Assembly (NCBI GenBank): GCA_004563595.2
Contig: CP042461.1
Span: 1,110,001-1,142,000, forward strand
Length of the DNA stretch: 32,000 nt
From: Candidatus Saccharimonadota bacterium
GTDB lineage: Bacteria; Patescibacteriota; Gracilibacteria; BD1-5; UBA6164
Direction of reading: 5' to 3'
In this document: positions 1 to 11,155 of the stretch, piece by piece
Layout of the letters: every line of letters begins with the position of its first letter
Position numbering within the stretch: position 1 is the stretch's first letter
Program-made: the position numbers and the translations under genes
The notes under the pieces: model-generated
Databases searched by the model: none
Seen by the model: the letters and a program-made list of their open reading frames with translations, nothing else
Told to the model about the DNA's origin: nothing

Positions 1-252
1 TCACTCTTTAGATTCGCTCAGCAGCTCTTAACAGATGCTGAAGTGTTAAAAAAATGTGAGAAATGTGAACTGTTAATTAAACAAACTGATAGTCCGAAAC
101 CAGCTCAAGATCTCTTTGAAAAGGAGTTAAAAGAAAATCCTGATATAGGCGGATGCTTTAACGCTTCTGATGATATGAGCCAGGCAATTACAAAAGTTTT
201 TGACGGTGCACTAGATCAATGTAAGTGCAATAAAGATAACAAAAGCGAATAA
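1..252 (+). CDS. C-terminal fragment of a hypothetical protein (5' end lies outside the window)
   Basis: Frame 1 is open from base 1 to TAA at 250-252 (...SLFRFAQQLLTDAEVLKKCEKCELL...DQCKCNKDNKSE*). A strong hairpin terminator follows. No family recognised. Confidence 0.5.
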   Translation, partial: SLFRFAQQLLTDAEVLKKCEKCELLIKQTDSPKPAQDLFEKELKENPDIGGCFNASDDMSQAITKVFDGALDQCKCNKDNKSE

Positions 253-278
253 AACATTAGGTTTTATTCGCTTTTTAC
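245..278 (+). terminator. Rho-independent terminator
   Basis: GCGAATAAAAC / GTTTTATTCGC forms an 11-bp perfect stem (245-255 pairs with 261-271) with a 5-nt loop, followed by TTTTT. It overlaps the stop codon of the upstream CDS. Confidence 0.65.
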
Positions 279-355
279 TTTCATATACAAGAAAAAACTT
301 TCACTTTTCATTGCTTTTCAATATAATAACTGCAATTAAAATTTTACAAATATAC

Positions 356-1558
356 ATGGCCCAAGTTGGAATCAGAGAATTTGATGCAAAAGCAATGTAC
401 TATGAATCTATATGAGAAAACTACGCTTGATATCAAATAAAAAAAACACTTGATATATCTCTCCTTTCCCCTGAAAAAAAGTATGTTATTAAACCTGATA
501 TGCTCTTTTGAAAAAGAGGAAAAAGAGGGCTTTTATGACTGAAACTTGATAAAAACTGAGTAAATAATTGGCTTCATAATAAATTACATTCAAAAGTAAA
601 TATAGACTGAGTTGATTGAGAATTAGATGTATTTTTAGCTGAAGAATTCTCCCCACTCACAAAAGAATATTATATATCTTTTTCTCAGGATCGAGACTGA
701 GACACTCTCACATTTTCTTCTGAATGAGGAATAGATATAGAAGAAAACTGGAATAAAACAACAAGTATTGTACTCTCTCCCCTTTCAAACCTTCACAAAA
801 CAGATCTAGAAAAAATTTGAATAGATGAAAGTTCCCTACAAAAAATTATTACGAAACTCTGGAACTTTTATAGAAATTATTGATTTGTATATTTAGAAAT
901 CAATCCACTATGAGTTGATAAAAATTGAAATTTTATAATCGTTGATATGGTTGCGAAAGTTGATAACTGTGAATTTTTTAGACAAAAAGATCATTGGAAA
1001 ACTCTAGAATTACCTCAAAGTTTTGGATATAAAGAAAATAAAAAAGAAAAATATATACGTGAACTTGATGCTCAAACATGAGCAAGTATGAAATTTAAAA
1101 TACTCAATAAAGATGCCGAAATTTGGACTCTCCTTGCTTGAGGATGAGGCTCCCTCGTCATTACTGATACTCTCTGAAGCTTATGATTTGCTGATGAAAT
1201 ATGAAACTACTGAGAACTCTCAGGAAATCCTGATAGAGAAAATACAAGAGAATATACCAGAGCCCTTATAGAACAAATGCTCGAAAATAATATCAAGTGA
1301 AAATATCTCATCATCGCATGAGCTATAGCAAATTTCACAAAAATTGATACTACCTTTGCTTGAATTATTGATATACTTGAAGAAAAAGCAGTAGAATTAC
1401 AAGAGCAAAAAATACAAATATTGGTAAGAAGAGGCTGACTCAATGATAAAAAATGATTAACTATTATAAAAGAGGCTTGTGATAGACTCTGACTTCCTAT
1501 AAAAATCGCAAATTCAGACATATATATGACAGATATATTAAAAGAAATTACATTATAA
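356..1558 (+). CDS. aclB: ATP-citrate lyase, ATP-grasp (beta) subunit
   Basis: 400 aa with TGA read as Gly. It is colinear with the N-terminal ~425 aa of ATP-citrate lyase: KPDMLFGKRGKRGLLGL, SSEGGIDIEENW, YLEINPL, EIWTLLAGGGGSLVITDTLGSLGFADEIGNYGELSGNP, IIAGAIANFT, VRRGG. By hand count there are 26 in-frame TGA codons, several at invariant Gly. Trp is encoded by TGG. Confidence 0.85.
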
Positions 1559-1569
1559 AATAAATATTC

Positions 1570-3360
1570 ATGTTTTCCAGAAACTCATTTGCAATAATAT
1601 ATTGATTACAAACTCAAGCAGCCCAAAAAATGCTTGATTTTGATTATCTGTGTGAAAGAGAAGCTTCAGTACTTGCTTTTATTAACGCAGGAAAACAAAA
1701 GATCAACCACAAACTCTTTTATTGAGACACTGAGATCTTAATACCTAGTTATCCAAATATAATTTCTCTTCCAGAACAAATCAAACAAAAAACTGACACT
1801 CTCGTAAATTTTGCATCTTTTAGAAGCGCAGCTCAGGCAACAAATGAAGCACTTGAAAGTAAAATATTCAAAAATGTTATTATCATCGCAGAATGAATTC
1901 CAGAAAGACAGACAATAGAGATCATAGAAAAAAATAAACAATACTGAGTCAATATTATTGGTCCTGCAACTGTTTGAGCCATGTCAGCATGAGAATTTAG
2001 AGTATGAAACACCTGAGGAAGTTTAGATAATATTGTCAGCTCTAAACTGTATCAAAAATGAAGTATATGACTTGTATCCAAGTCTGGTGGAATGAGTAAT
2101 GAAATGAGGAGAATAATCGCAGATAGAACAAATGGAACAAGTATATCTATTGCCCTTGGTTGAGATAAGTATAACATAATGACATTTACTGATGTCATGA
2201 AAAATTTTGAAGCAGACGATGAAGTAAAAATGATTGTTATGCTCTGAGAGATCTGATGAAGAGAAGAAAATAAAATAGCTGATATGATAACTGCCTGAGA
2301 AATCAAAAAACCAGTGGTTGCTTGGTGTATAGGAACCATTGGTGATACTCTCAAATGAGATGTACAATTCTGACATGCATGAGCAAAATCAAATGCAAAT
2401 GAAGAAACAGCCAATTATAAAAATAATAAACTAAAAAAGGCCTGAGCCCATGTTCCTGAAAGTTTTATAGATTTTTGAGATAAGATAGAAGAAGCATATC
2501 ACCAAGTTAATCCTGGTTTTCCTAAAGAAGAGGGGGCTAGGGGCTGAAGTTATAATATATCTGAAAAAATAAAAATCATGAACAATAGAAAATCTACTCA
2601 ATTTACATCCACTATTTCAGATGAAAGATGAGCAGAACTCACTTACAATAAAAGACCTATTTCTGAATATGCTCAAAAATGAAGTTTTGCAGATGTAATC
2701 TGAAACCTATGGTTAAAAAAAGATTTACCTGAATATGCACTTGATTTTATTAATACAACTTTGATACTTCTTGCTGATCACTGACCTGCCGTGTCAGGGG
2801 CTACAAACGCTATTATTACTGCAAGAGCAGGAAATGACTTAAAATCATCTCTGATCGCATGATTAACTACTATTTGACCGAAGTTTGGTTGAGCAATTGA
2901 TGGAGCTGCAAATTATTTTTCGCAAGCAGTACATGATAAAATTACTCCTGAAAAATTTGTTGAATCAATGAGAGAAGCCGAAATAAATATTCCTGGAATA
3001 TGACATAAAGTAAAGTCAAAGTTTAACCCAGATAAAAGGTGTGAAATACTCCTAAATCTGAGTAAAAAGTTCCCTCAAGCACAACATTTACAGTTTGCAC
3101 TTGAAGTAGAAAAACTCACTCTAGAAAAAAAATCAAACCTTATACTGAATGTAGATGGAATGGTTGCAGCAATGTTTCTAGATATATTTCAAGATATATG
3201 AATGGATTATGAAGAGATAAAAGAATATATTGATATCTGAATATTTAATGCCTTCTTTATCCTTGCAAGAACAACAGGTTTTATAGGACATATAATAGAT
3301 CAAAAGAGATCAAAAGAATGACTCTATAGAACACCTTGGGAAGATATCATGTATGATTAA
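1570..3360 (+). CDS. aclA: ATP-citrate lyase, alpha subunit (CoA-ligase plus citryl-CoA lyase domains)
   Basis: 596 aa, starting 11 nt after aclB. Motifs: IIAEGIPE, GPATVGAM, SKSGGMSNE, the catalytic-His motif VQFGHAGA, then the citrate-synthase-like part [49 protein letters not shown]. Many of the Gly residues in these motifs are TGA. Confidence 0.9.
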
Positions 3361-3364
3361 AAAA

Positions 3365-3395
3365 ATAGAGAAAACTTAAGTTTTCTCTATTTTTA
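3365..3395. terminator. Bidirectional hairpin terminator between convergent aclA and the GT2 gene
   Basis: ATAGAGAAAAC ttaa GTTTTCTCTAT is an 11-bp perfect stem. It is flanked by an A-run upstream and a T-run downstream. Confidence 0.6.
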
Positions 3396-3403
3396 AGCCA
3401 TTA

Positions 3404-4105
3404 TTAATAATTTACATTAAATCACTCTTTTTTTTCATAAAGAGTATTCATTTTTTTATCTCAGCTTCACAAATGAAACATAACTTTCAAATATTGATTT
3501 AATAATGCATGTTTCCATATTCATTTTTTTGTAAACCTCCTTGCTGATGTAATAATTTTATCATTCAAAATAACTGGTCTTGATATTTTTCTCATTCTTT
3601 GAGAAAAAATAGTATCCTCAAAAATATCAATATTTGGGAAACCTCATACCTTTTTTACTACATCAGTCTTCGCAAAGATAATATGATCTAAATACAATAT
3701 AGATTTTAATTTTCCTCTTACATTATTTGAGTACCAAGAAGTAAAATCTAATAATAGATTTTGCATATCAAAACTATGAGAATACGCACCCCATATATTC
3801 TCTCAAGACATTTTTTTCTGTATTTTAAAAAAAGTATTTTTTGGAAGAATTGAAACAGGGTGGTGAAAGACAACTATATTTCATTTGATTTGCTCCAGTC
3901 ACTTATTCAATCTCTCTGCCCTATTTGAGTTGGGAAATGAAATCACTCTTCCATATTTTTCACATAATTCTACCGTCCCATCAATACTTCCATTATCTAC
4001 TGTAATAAGCTCAGTTTCTGTATTTTGGTTTTTTATTCCTTCTAATACTTTTGCTAGATAATTATTTCTGAGTTCATTATTTGTCGAAAGAATAACTGAT
4101 ATCAT
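3404..4105 (-). CDS. Family 2 glycosyltransferase
   Basis: 233 aa. MISVILSTNNELRNNYLAKVLEGIKNQ...ITVDNGSIDGT (GT2 N-terminal fold with the DxD-type motif), GNIVVFHHPVSILP, VGGFPNIDIFEDTIFS. ATG at 4105, TAA at 3404-3406. Confidence 0.8.
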
Positions 4106-4125
4106 GTAAAACTTAAGTTATAGTA

Positions 4126-5493
4126 TTAATAGAGAACAACTTTTTTATTCGTAAATGCTTTCAGTCCATCTGGTCAATTTTCTTTCCCATATCCGCTCTT
4201 TTTGACTCCTCCAAAAGGAAGTGAAGCTTTTGATCCAGCTGGTTTATTTATAAAAATCATTCAGGTTTCCACTTGTGAAGCCACTTGTATTAATTGTTCT
4301 TGATTGTCTCAATACACACACCCACAAAGTCAAAAATCTGAGTCATTTGCAATTTTAATTGATTCTTCGATACTTGAGGATTTAATAATAGAAGCTACTG
4401 GTCAAAACACTTCTTCTTTATAAGAAGTCATATCCGCTGTAACATTTTTTAATACTGTTGGAGCAAAAAAGAATCATTTTCTATCCATAGCTTTCCCTCA
4501 TACCAAAAGCTCTGCTCATTCTGAAACAGTTTTTGATACTTGATTTTCTATATCCTTTACAGCTCATTTTTTTGCAAGTGGAGGAATTGTTGTGGAATGG
4601 TCCATAGGGTCTCAAGCTTGAAGTTCTGAGAACTTCTTGGCAAATTTTTCACAAAATTCATCATAATATTTTTCCAAAACTATAAACCTTTTCGAAGAAT
4701 TACATTTTTGACCTCCATTTGCCATTCTTGCTTGCGCTCATGCTTCAACTATTTCATCTAAGTTATCCGTGTCACATACAATAAAAGCATCATTTCATCC
4801 AAGTTCTAAAACTGATGGTTTCAAATTATTTCAAGCAATAGATCATATTACTTTTCAAGCTCCTTCACCACCGGTAAGGTTTACTCAAGCAATATAATCG
4901 TTTGATAAGATAAACTCCGTTTTACTTGATGAGACAAGCATATTTGTATATATTCATTCTCTAAAACCTGCTTGTCTAAATAGATCTTCTAATTTTTGCG
5001 CACACATCGGAACATTTGATGCATGTTTATAAATAACAGTGTTTCATGCTAATATATTTGGGATTGCTGCTCTCAATACTTGGTTATATGGAAAATTCCA
5101 TGGTGCTACTCAAAAAATTACTCCAAGTGGATCATACATATATTTCCCTTTGAGTCCCTCTGTTTCAAATTCTTCTTCTCAAAGAATTTCCTCAAAATTA
5201 TTTGCAAACCAACGAATCAATTTTACAGTTCACTTTACACCTCATACTGATTCAGTATCCAACATTCACATTTCAAGTGTTTGAAGTTTTGCTATTGCTT
5301 CAAGATCTGACTCTATTACATCTGCGAGTTGTAAAAATAGCTTTTTTTTCTCAGATCTCGGAGTCCTTTTCCATTCCTGGTATCCTTCATGAGCTATTTT
5401 TATTTTATTCTCTATTTGAGTATCATCTAACAACTCAAACTCAGCATTTACTTCCTCAGTATATGGATTTATAGATTGTATTGTATTTTTCAT
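4126..5493 (-). CDS. NAD(P)+-dependent aldehyde dehydrogenase (succinate-semialdehyde dehydrogenase-like)
   Basis: 455 aa. The N-terminus is INPYTEEV...WKRT. Motifs: ELGGNDAFIV (second G is TGA), the catalytic-Cys motif ANGGQKCNS, and C-terminal LPFGGVKKSGYGKENGPDGLKAF. No in-frame TAA/TAG by hand scan. Confidence 0.85.
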
Positions 5494-5517
5494 GGTATAT
5501 ATTTAAGGGATATTCCT

Positions 5518-5553
5518 CTTCCTTTCGTATGAAAGGAAGTCCCCGAAGGGGGA
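5518..5553 (-). other. Tandem GC-rich hairpins in the 78-nt spacer between the TPP-enzyme gene and the aldehyde dehydrogenase gene
   Basis: CTTCCTTTC gtat GAAAGGAAG is a 9-bp stem (5518-5539). It is immediately followed by TCCCC gaag GGGGA, a 5-bp stem (5540-5553). No U-tract follows on the transcribed (minus) strand. Confidence 0.3.
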
Positions 5554-5571
5554 TGGATTATAAAAGTTTTC

Positions 5572-7191
5572 CTATTTTATATCTCCATCAATCGGGTAGT
5601 CAAAATCAAGATCAATTATTTTAATTCATTTTTCTTTCAATGCATTTTCAATTGTAGTTTTAAAATCTTCTTTATTTTCAACTTTATATCATTTTGCTCA
5701 GAAACTTTCTGCAAGTTTCACAAAATCTGGATTTCAAAAATCAAGTCAGTAATTCTCAAATCATGCTCAAGTTTGTTTCCACTTAATCATTCCATATGAG
5801 TTGTTATTTAAAATAACAATGACGAGATCAATTCATAATCTTACAGCTGTTTCTAGGTCTCATAGGTTCATTACAAGTCCTCCATCTCATGTTACGGAAA
5901 CTACTTGTTTATCTGGATTGAGCCTACATGCTTCCATTGCTGATGCAACTCATGCTCACATAGTAGCAAAGGCATTATCAAGAAGAATAGTATTTGGTTT
6001 ATACGCTGGATAATTTCTTGCTAACCAAACCTTATAGAGTCCATTATCAAGAGTCAAAATATCATCATCTCATAATACTTCTCTGAGTTCTTTTGAAAGT
6101 CTTCTTGGCATCATATAATCATGCTCATCTTCAAGAGAAATATTTTGCTCTATTTTTTTTCTGTTTTCTCAGTTTATTTTATACATTTCATCAAAATCCC
6201 AAGATGAATTATCAACATCTATTTCGTCAAGTTGCCAAAATGTATTTCATATATCTCATACCACTTCTAAATATGGAGCATATACTGGATCTATTTCAGT
6301 GGAATAAAAATTTATATGAATTGTTTTTGTTCCCTGTGTTCATACTACCGTTGTAGGTTTTTCAATTGCATCATACCCAACTGATAAAATGAGATCAGCT
6401 GTATCAATAATATCATGTAAGTAATCCCCTGATGTCAGTGCTGCTGTTCAGATATATTGAGATAATCTTTCATCAACGACTCATTTTCACATTTGAGAAC
6501 TAAAAAATGGAATATTATATTTTTCTATAAATTTTGTCAGATATTTGCTGATTCTTTTTCTATTTGCTCATGCTCAAATAAGAGTAATAGGCTTTTTAGC
6601 TTTTTCTAGCTCAGTTTTTAATATCTCAAGCATTTTTTCATCTATCTGTGGTCTTCTAATTTTAAGTTCTTCTGTAATGACTACTTCTTCACTTACAGAT
6701 TCACCTGCAATATCTTCAGGAAGTTCGATCGCTACTGCTCCTGGCCTTTCTTCTTCTGCTATCCTAAAAGCATTATTGAGAATGTATGGGATTCTATCCG
6801 GACTTACTATAGAAGTTGAATATTTTGTAATTGGCTTCATCATAGAAACAACATCTATAATTTGAAACTGTCATTGCTTTGATTTTTTTATTGGTTTTTG
6901 TCATGTAATAACCATCACTGGCATTCACCCTAGAGTAGCATATGCCACTCCTGTCACCATATTTGTGGCTCCAGGCCCAAGTGTTGCAAGTGCTACACCA
7001 AGCTTCCCAGTAAACCTTCCATACGTTGCTGCCATAAAAACAGCTGTTTGCTCATTTCTCGTAAGAATCAGCTCTATTTTTGAATCCTTTAAAGAGTTCA
7101 AAAAATCTAAATTTTCCTCTCCTGGAACTCAATAAATAGTTTCCACTCAATGATTTTCTAATATTTTTATAAATAGGTCTGTTGCTTTCAT
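5572..7191 (-). CDS. Thiamine-pyrophosphate enzyme, acetolactate synthase (AlsS/IlvB) family
   Basis: 539 aa. The N-terminus is MKATDLFIKILENHGVETIYGVPGEENLDF...ATLGPGATNMVTGVAYATLGGMPVMVITGQ. The TPP-binding motif is VTGDGGLVMNLGDLETAVRLGIDLVIVILNNNSYG. ATG at 7191, TAG at 5572-5574. Confidence 0.85.
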
Positions 7192-7275
7192 AGATATATG
7201 GTTAATAAAACTTTCATATAATACCAATTTTTTAAAACTTTTCTAAACATTTTTTGAAATAAAAAAAATTACTTC

Positions 7276-7289
7276 TATTTCTAGAAATA
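7276..7289. promoter_or_regulatory. Perfect 14-bp palindrome, possible operator
   Basis: TATTTCTAGAAATA lies about 85-98 nt upstream of the TPP-enzyme start codon, inside a 233-nt intergenic region. Confidence 0.2.
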
Positions 7290-7393
7290 ACTGTATGTTT
7301 TTGTCTTAAACTAACCTTAAAAATTAGGTGTAATTGAACCGTTTTCATCTAATATACTTAAATATTTTGCTCAAAAAAAACATGTATTCACAG

Positions 7394-7436
7394 AAATCGA
7401 CTAAAATTCACTTAAAAGTGAGTTTTAGTCGATTTT
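7394..7436. terminator. Long hairpin terminator after the response-regulator gene
   Basis: AAATCGACTAAAATTCAC...GTGAGTTTTAGTCGATTT forms a stem of about 16 bp with one G-U pair. The regulator's TAA stop (7425-7427) sits inside the 3' arm. Confidence 0.55.
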
Positions 7437-8081
7437 ATATCAAAATCATTTGATAGTATGGATAAGCTCTTTTGATAATTTGTGTCTAATATTTGATATA
7501 TAAACATCTAATTTTCCATCAGAATCAAAGATAGAATCTCATCATCCCCATGCATATTCAATTATATCTGTTCTTGAAGTAGGTGTTCATCTATTTTTGA
7601 GAAGTAACTCTATTATTAAATATTCTTTTTGAGTAATAAGCACATCCTTTGAATCTTTTGTGAAGATTCTTTTTGACATATCTATCTCTATATTATTAAC
7701 AACAAGTACTGAATTATCATCATTTTTTCTCAATATTGTTTTTATACGGGCCTCTAATTCTCTCAGATCAAAAGGCTTCACAATATAATCAACTACTCAA
7801 TAATCAAATCAAATGAGTTTGTCATCTATTGAATCTTTTGCCGTTATTATAATAATAGGTATTTCATTTCCTCTTTCTTTTAATTTTCTAGCAATAGTAA
7901 AACCATCAATTTCAGGCAACATAACGTCAAGGAGGATAAGATCATATTTTTTACCCAATGCTGAATCTAATCCTGACTCACCATCAAAACACCTATCAAT
8001 CTCAAAATCTTCTAATTCTAAATACTGTTTTATACTATCTGATATTTCTCTGTTATCCTCAATCAGTAAAATCTTTGCCAT
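7425..8081 (-). CDS. OmpR/PhoB-family response regulator
   Basis: 218 aa. The receiver domain reads MAKILLIEDN...DLILLDVMLPEIDGF...IIIITAK. The winged-helix output domain reads ITQKEYLIIELLL...LDVYISNIRHKL...IKGFGYKID*, and its conserved C-terminal GxGY only appears when two TGA codons are read as Gly. Confidence 0.9.
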
Positions 8082-8094
8082 AAAATGCCTAACA

Positions 8095-9423
8095 TTAAAA
8101 TGTAATTGTAAACTGAGTCCCTTTTCATGTCTCGCTTTCTACTTTTATAGACCATTTATATAAATCAATAATTCTCTTTATAATAAATAATCAAACTCAA
8201 AATCATTCTCTTTTTGTATCTGCTCTATAAAACTTATTCCAAATATTTTTGAGGTCCTTTTGCTCAATTCAAATTCAATTATCTTTTACCCAAAATTTAC
8301 TCTCATCCAGTCATACCTCAATAATAGCCTCGTTTTGAGAGAATTTCACCGAATTTGTAAGCAGATTCTCTATTATAATGTTAAAGGTTACTTTATCAAT
8401 ACATTTTATAACTCCTGGTCTTATCTTATATTTTATAGTAATCTCTTTATCTATTAATCCTTTTATTATGCTATCAATAGTTGATTTTAAGAGTATTCAC
8501 AAATCCACCTCCTCCCTCTCAAATTCTTCAATTCATTCTGTTTTTCTTGACAGTAAAAAGAGTGTTTCTAAAAGGTTGTTCAATTTTTTTGTATTATGTT
8601 TAATTGATTCTAGTAATACTTCTACATCTTCTTTTGAACTTTTATTTTTCTCAAGCATTTTATAATACACATCAATTTTTGAATTTATTATCATAAGAGG
8701 AGTTTTAAACTCGTGACTTACATCTGTAATAAATTGACGTAAATTTTGTGTTTGAGATTGGATTTTTTCAAAAGATGAATTGATAGTATCAGCTAATATT
8801 TTTATTTCATCTCCTTGGCATCAATAACACTCAATTTTTTTGAAATTATCGATATTAATCCCCTGTGCTTCGTGAGAAATTTTCCTCAAATCTTTCAACA
8901 TATATTTCGAGAAAAGTTTTCAGGTAAAGTATGATAAAAATAAAAATATAAGAATAATTATAAAACTAATTTTAATAATGATAATTTGAGATTTGATATA
9001 TGGAGTTGTATCAAAAAGAACCTTTACTTCTCCTATCTCTTCATAATATTGAGAAAATATAAAATATATTTTTCCATCCTCTTTATAAAAATATGAATCT
9101 TTTATTTCATCGAGCTTTGCTATATCATTATGAAGCTTCTTTGATACTCCATTTGAACATATAAGTTCTCATTCGGGTGGAATAATTATAGTATCTTTTT
9201 GTAAAATATAACTTTTAAAAGCCTCAATATTATTTTTACTAAACGTTTTTGAATATGCATCATAATTTATATCCATATCATACAAACTTTCTTGTTTTTG
9301 GTCTTCATACCACAAGAAAAAGTATATTACATTGATTGATAAAAGTAATACAATAAGTGAAAGTAGGTTTACAAGAGCAAATGTAAACGAAATTTTGTCT
9401 GTTGTTTTAAATTTTTTAAACAT
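8095..9423 (-). CDS. Sensor histidine kinase (HisKA + HATPase_c)
   Basis: 442 aa. There is an N-terminal TM segment (FTFALVNLLSLIVLLLSINVIYFFLW), the H-box FITDVSHEFKTPL, and the C-terminus RIIDLYKWSIKVESETGKGTQFTITF*. Its stop is 13 nt upstream of the regulator ATG. No in-frame TAA/TAG by hand scan. Confidence 0.85.
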
Positions 9424-9432
9424 AGTATGTGA

Positions 9433-10701
9433 TTATATTTCTCCTCTGTCTCTCATGGCATCAAAGATTCTCGTCATTGCCACAATATATGCAGCTGAAC
9501 GGAGTGTTGAAGAGTATTCTAAAGAAGTATGGAATACTTTTTCCGCTGCTCAACTAATTTTTTTATGTAATTTTTGATCTATTTCTTCTTCTTCCCAATA
9601 GAAGTTCATATTATTTTGAACTTGTTCAAAATAACTTACCATTACCCCCCCTGCGTTTGCGAGAATGTCAGGAATAACGATCGTGAAGTTTTTATGAAGT
9701 ATTTCATCTGCTTCCGGAGTAATAGGTCCATTTGCAAGTTCTAAAATAATCTTTGCTTGAATGTTTAAAACATTATCTCATGTGATTTGATTTTCAAGAG
9801 CAGCTGGAATCAAAATATCACATTTTACTTCTAATACTCATTTTTCTGCTAATTTTTCAGCATCATCATATTCTATTACTGATTTTCTTGCAGCTTTTAA
9901 TTCAGATATTTTTTCTATATTTATTCCATTTTCATTATATATTCCTCACCTAGAATCAGAGATTCAAACAATATGCACTCAGAGGTCAACAAGTAACTTT
10001 GCCATAGTAAGTCCCGCATTCCCAGCTCATTGAATAGCTACCTTTTTTCCTTTGAGCTCTATATCTTTTAATTCTAATATTTTTTGCAATACATACACTC
10101 ATCCTTGAGCTGTTGCTTCTCATCTTCATGCTGATCATCCAGAGCTTAATGGTTTTCAAGTAAATGAACCTGGAGAATACTTTCAAACAAGCATTGAATA
10201 TTCATCCATCATCCAACCCATTACTTTTGGATTTGTATTTACGTCTGGAGCTGGAACATCTGTTTCAGGCCCAATATATTTATATAATTCTCTCACATAC
10301 CCTCTTGAAAGTCTCTCTAACTCCCCGTCTGATAATTCTTTTGGATTTACGATAACTCATCATTTTCATCCTCAGAGTGGAATATCTATAACAGCACACT
10401 TAATACTCATCCACATAGACAAAGCTTTTACTTCTGATTTATTTACATCTTGATGAAAACGAATTCCTCATTTAAATGGTCCTCTTGCATCATTATGTTG
10501 GGACCTAAAACCTATAAAAGTTCTAATAGATCCATTATCCATTCTTACAGGAATATTTACTTCTATAATTCTTCTTGGGTGTGAAATAAGCTCATATTTA
10601 TTGGTATCTAACCTACATCCATCATATAAGTCACAAGCCTTTCTCATTTGTTTTCTTGCATTTAAAAATGCATCATTTATATTTTGTTCTAACACCTTCA
10701 A
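9433..10701 (-). CDS. gdhA: Glutamate dehydrogenase (Glu/Leu/Phe/Val dehydrogenase family)
   Basis: 422 aa. [34 protein letters not shown] (first G of KGG is TGA), IPLGGGKGG, C-terminus [23 protein letters not shown]. No ATG is available upstream of the conserved N-terminal helix, so the start is TTG 10701 or GTG 10695. The stop lies 9 nt before the kinase ATG. Confidence 0.88.
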
Positions 10702-10767
10702 AAAAGATTAAAAAATAATTATATTTCTCAATATAATAATTGACCTTAACTCAACCTTAATAATATT

Positions 10768-11127
10768 CTAAATTTCTATGTTTTTATAATGTTTAAGTCT
10801 ATAACTTTTTTCATTTTTTACAATAGTTATCACATCAAATTGAATATTTTCAATGTCTATGCGTTTTTTAAAACAATAGGCATAAATACTTTTTTGTAAC
10901 TTATGTAATTTTCACTTTGTAATACTCTCTTCAGGGCTTCCGTATTTATCGTTTGTTCTATATTTCACTTCTATAAAATGAGTGATTTTATCTTTTTTAA
11001 TTATCAGATCTAATTCTCAAAATCTTCAAAATTTATAATTTGTATCTAATATATTGTATCACTTTTGTTGTAAATATTTAATTGCTATGAGCTCTCCTTG
11101 GTCTCATAATTTTTTTGTTGTAGTCAT
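10768..11127 (-). CDS. yraN: YraN-family (UPF0102) endonuclease-like protein
   Basis: 119 aa. GDQGELIAIKYLQQKGYNILDTNYKFGRFGELDLII...HFIEVKYR...GSPEESIT..K...QFDVITI matches the UPF0102 pattern. Confidence 0.75.
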
Positions 11128-11155
11128 ATTTTTATTGTTAGAATAACCTGCCTTT

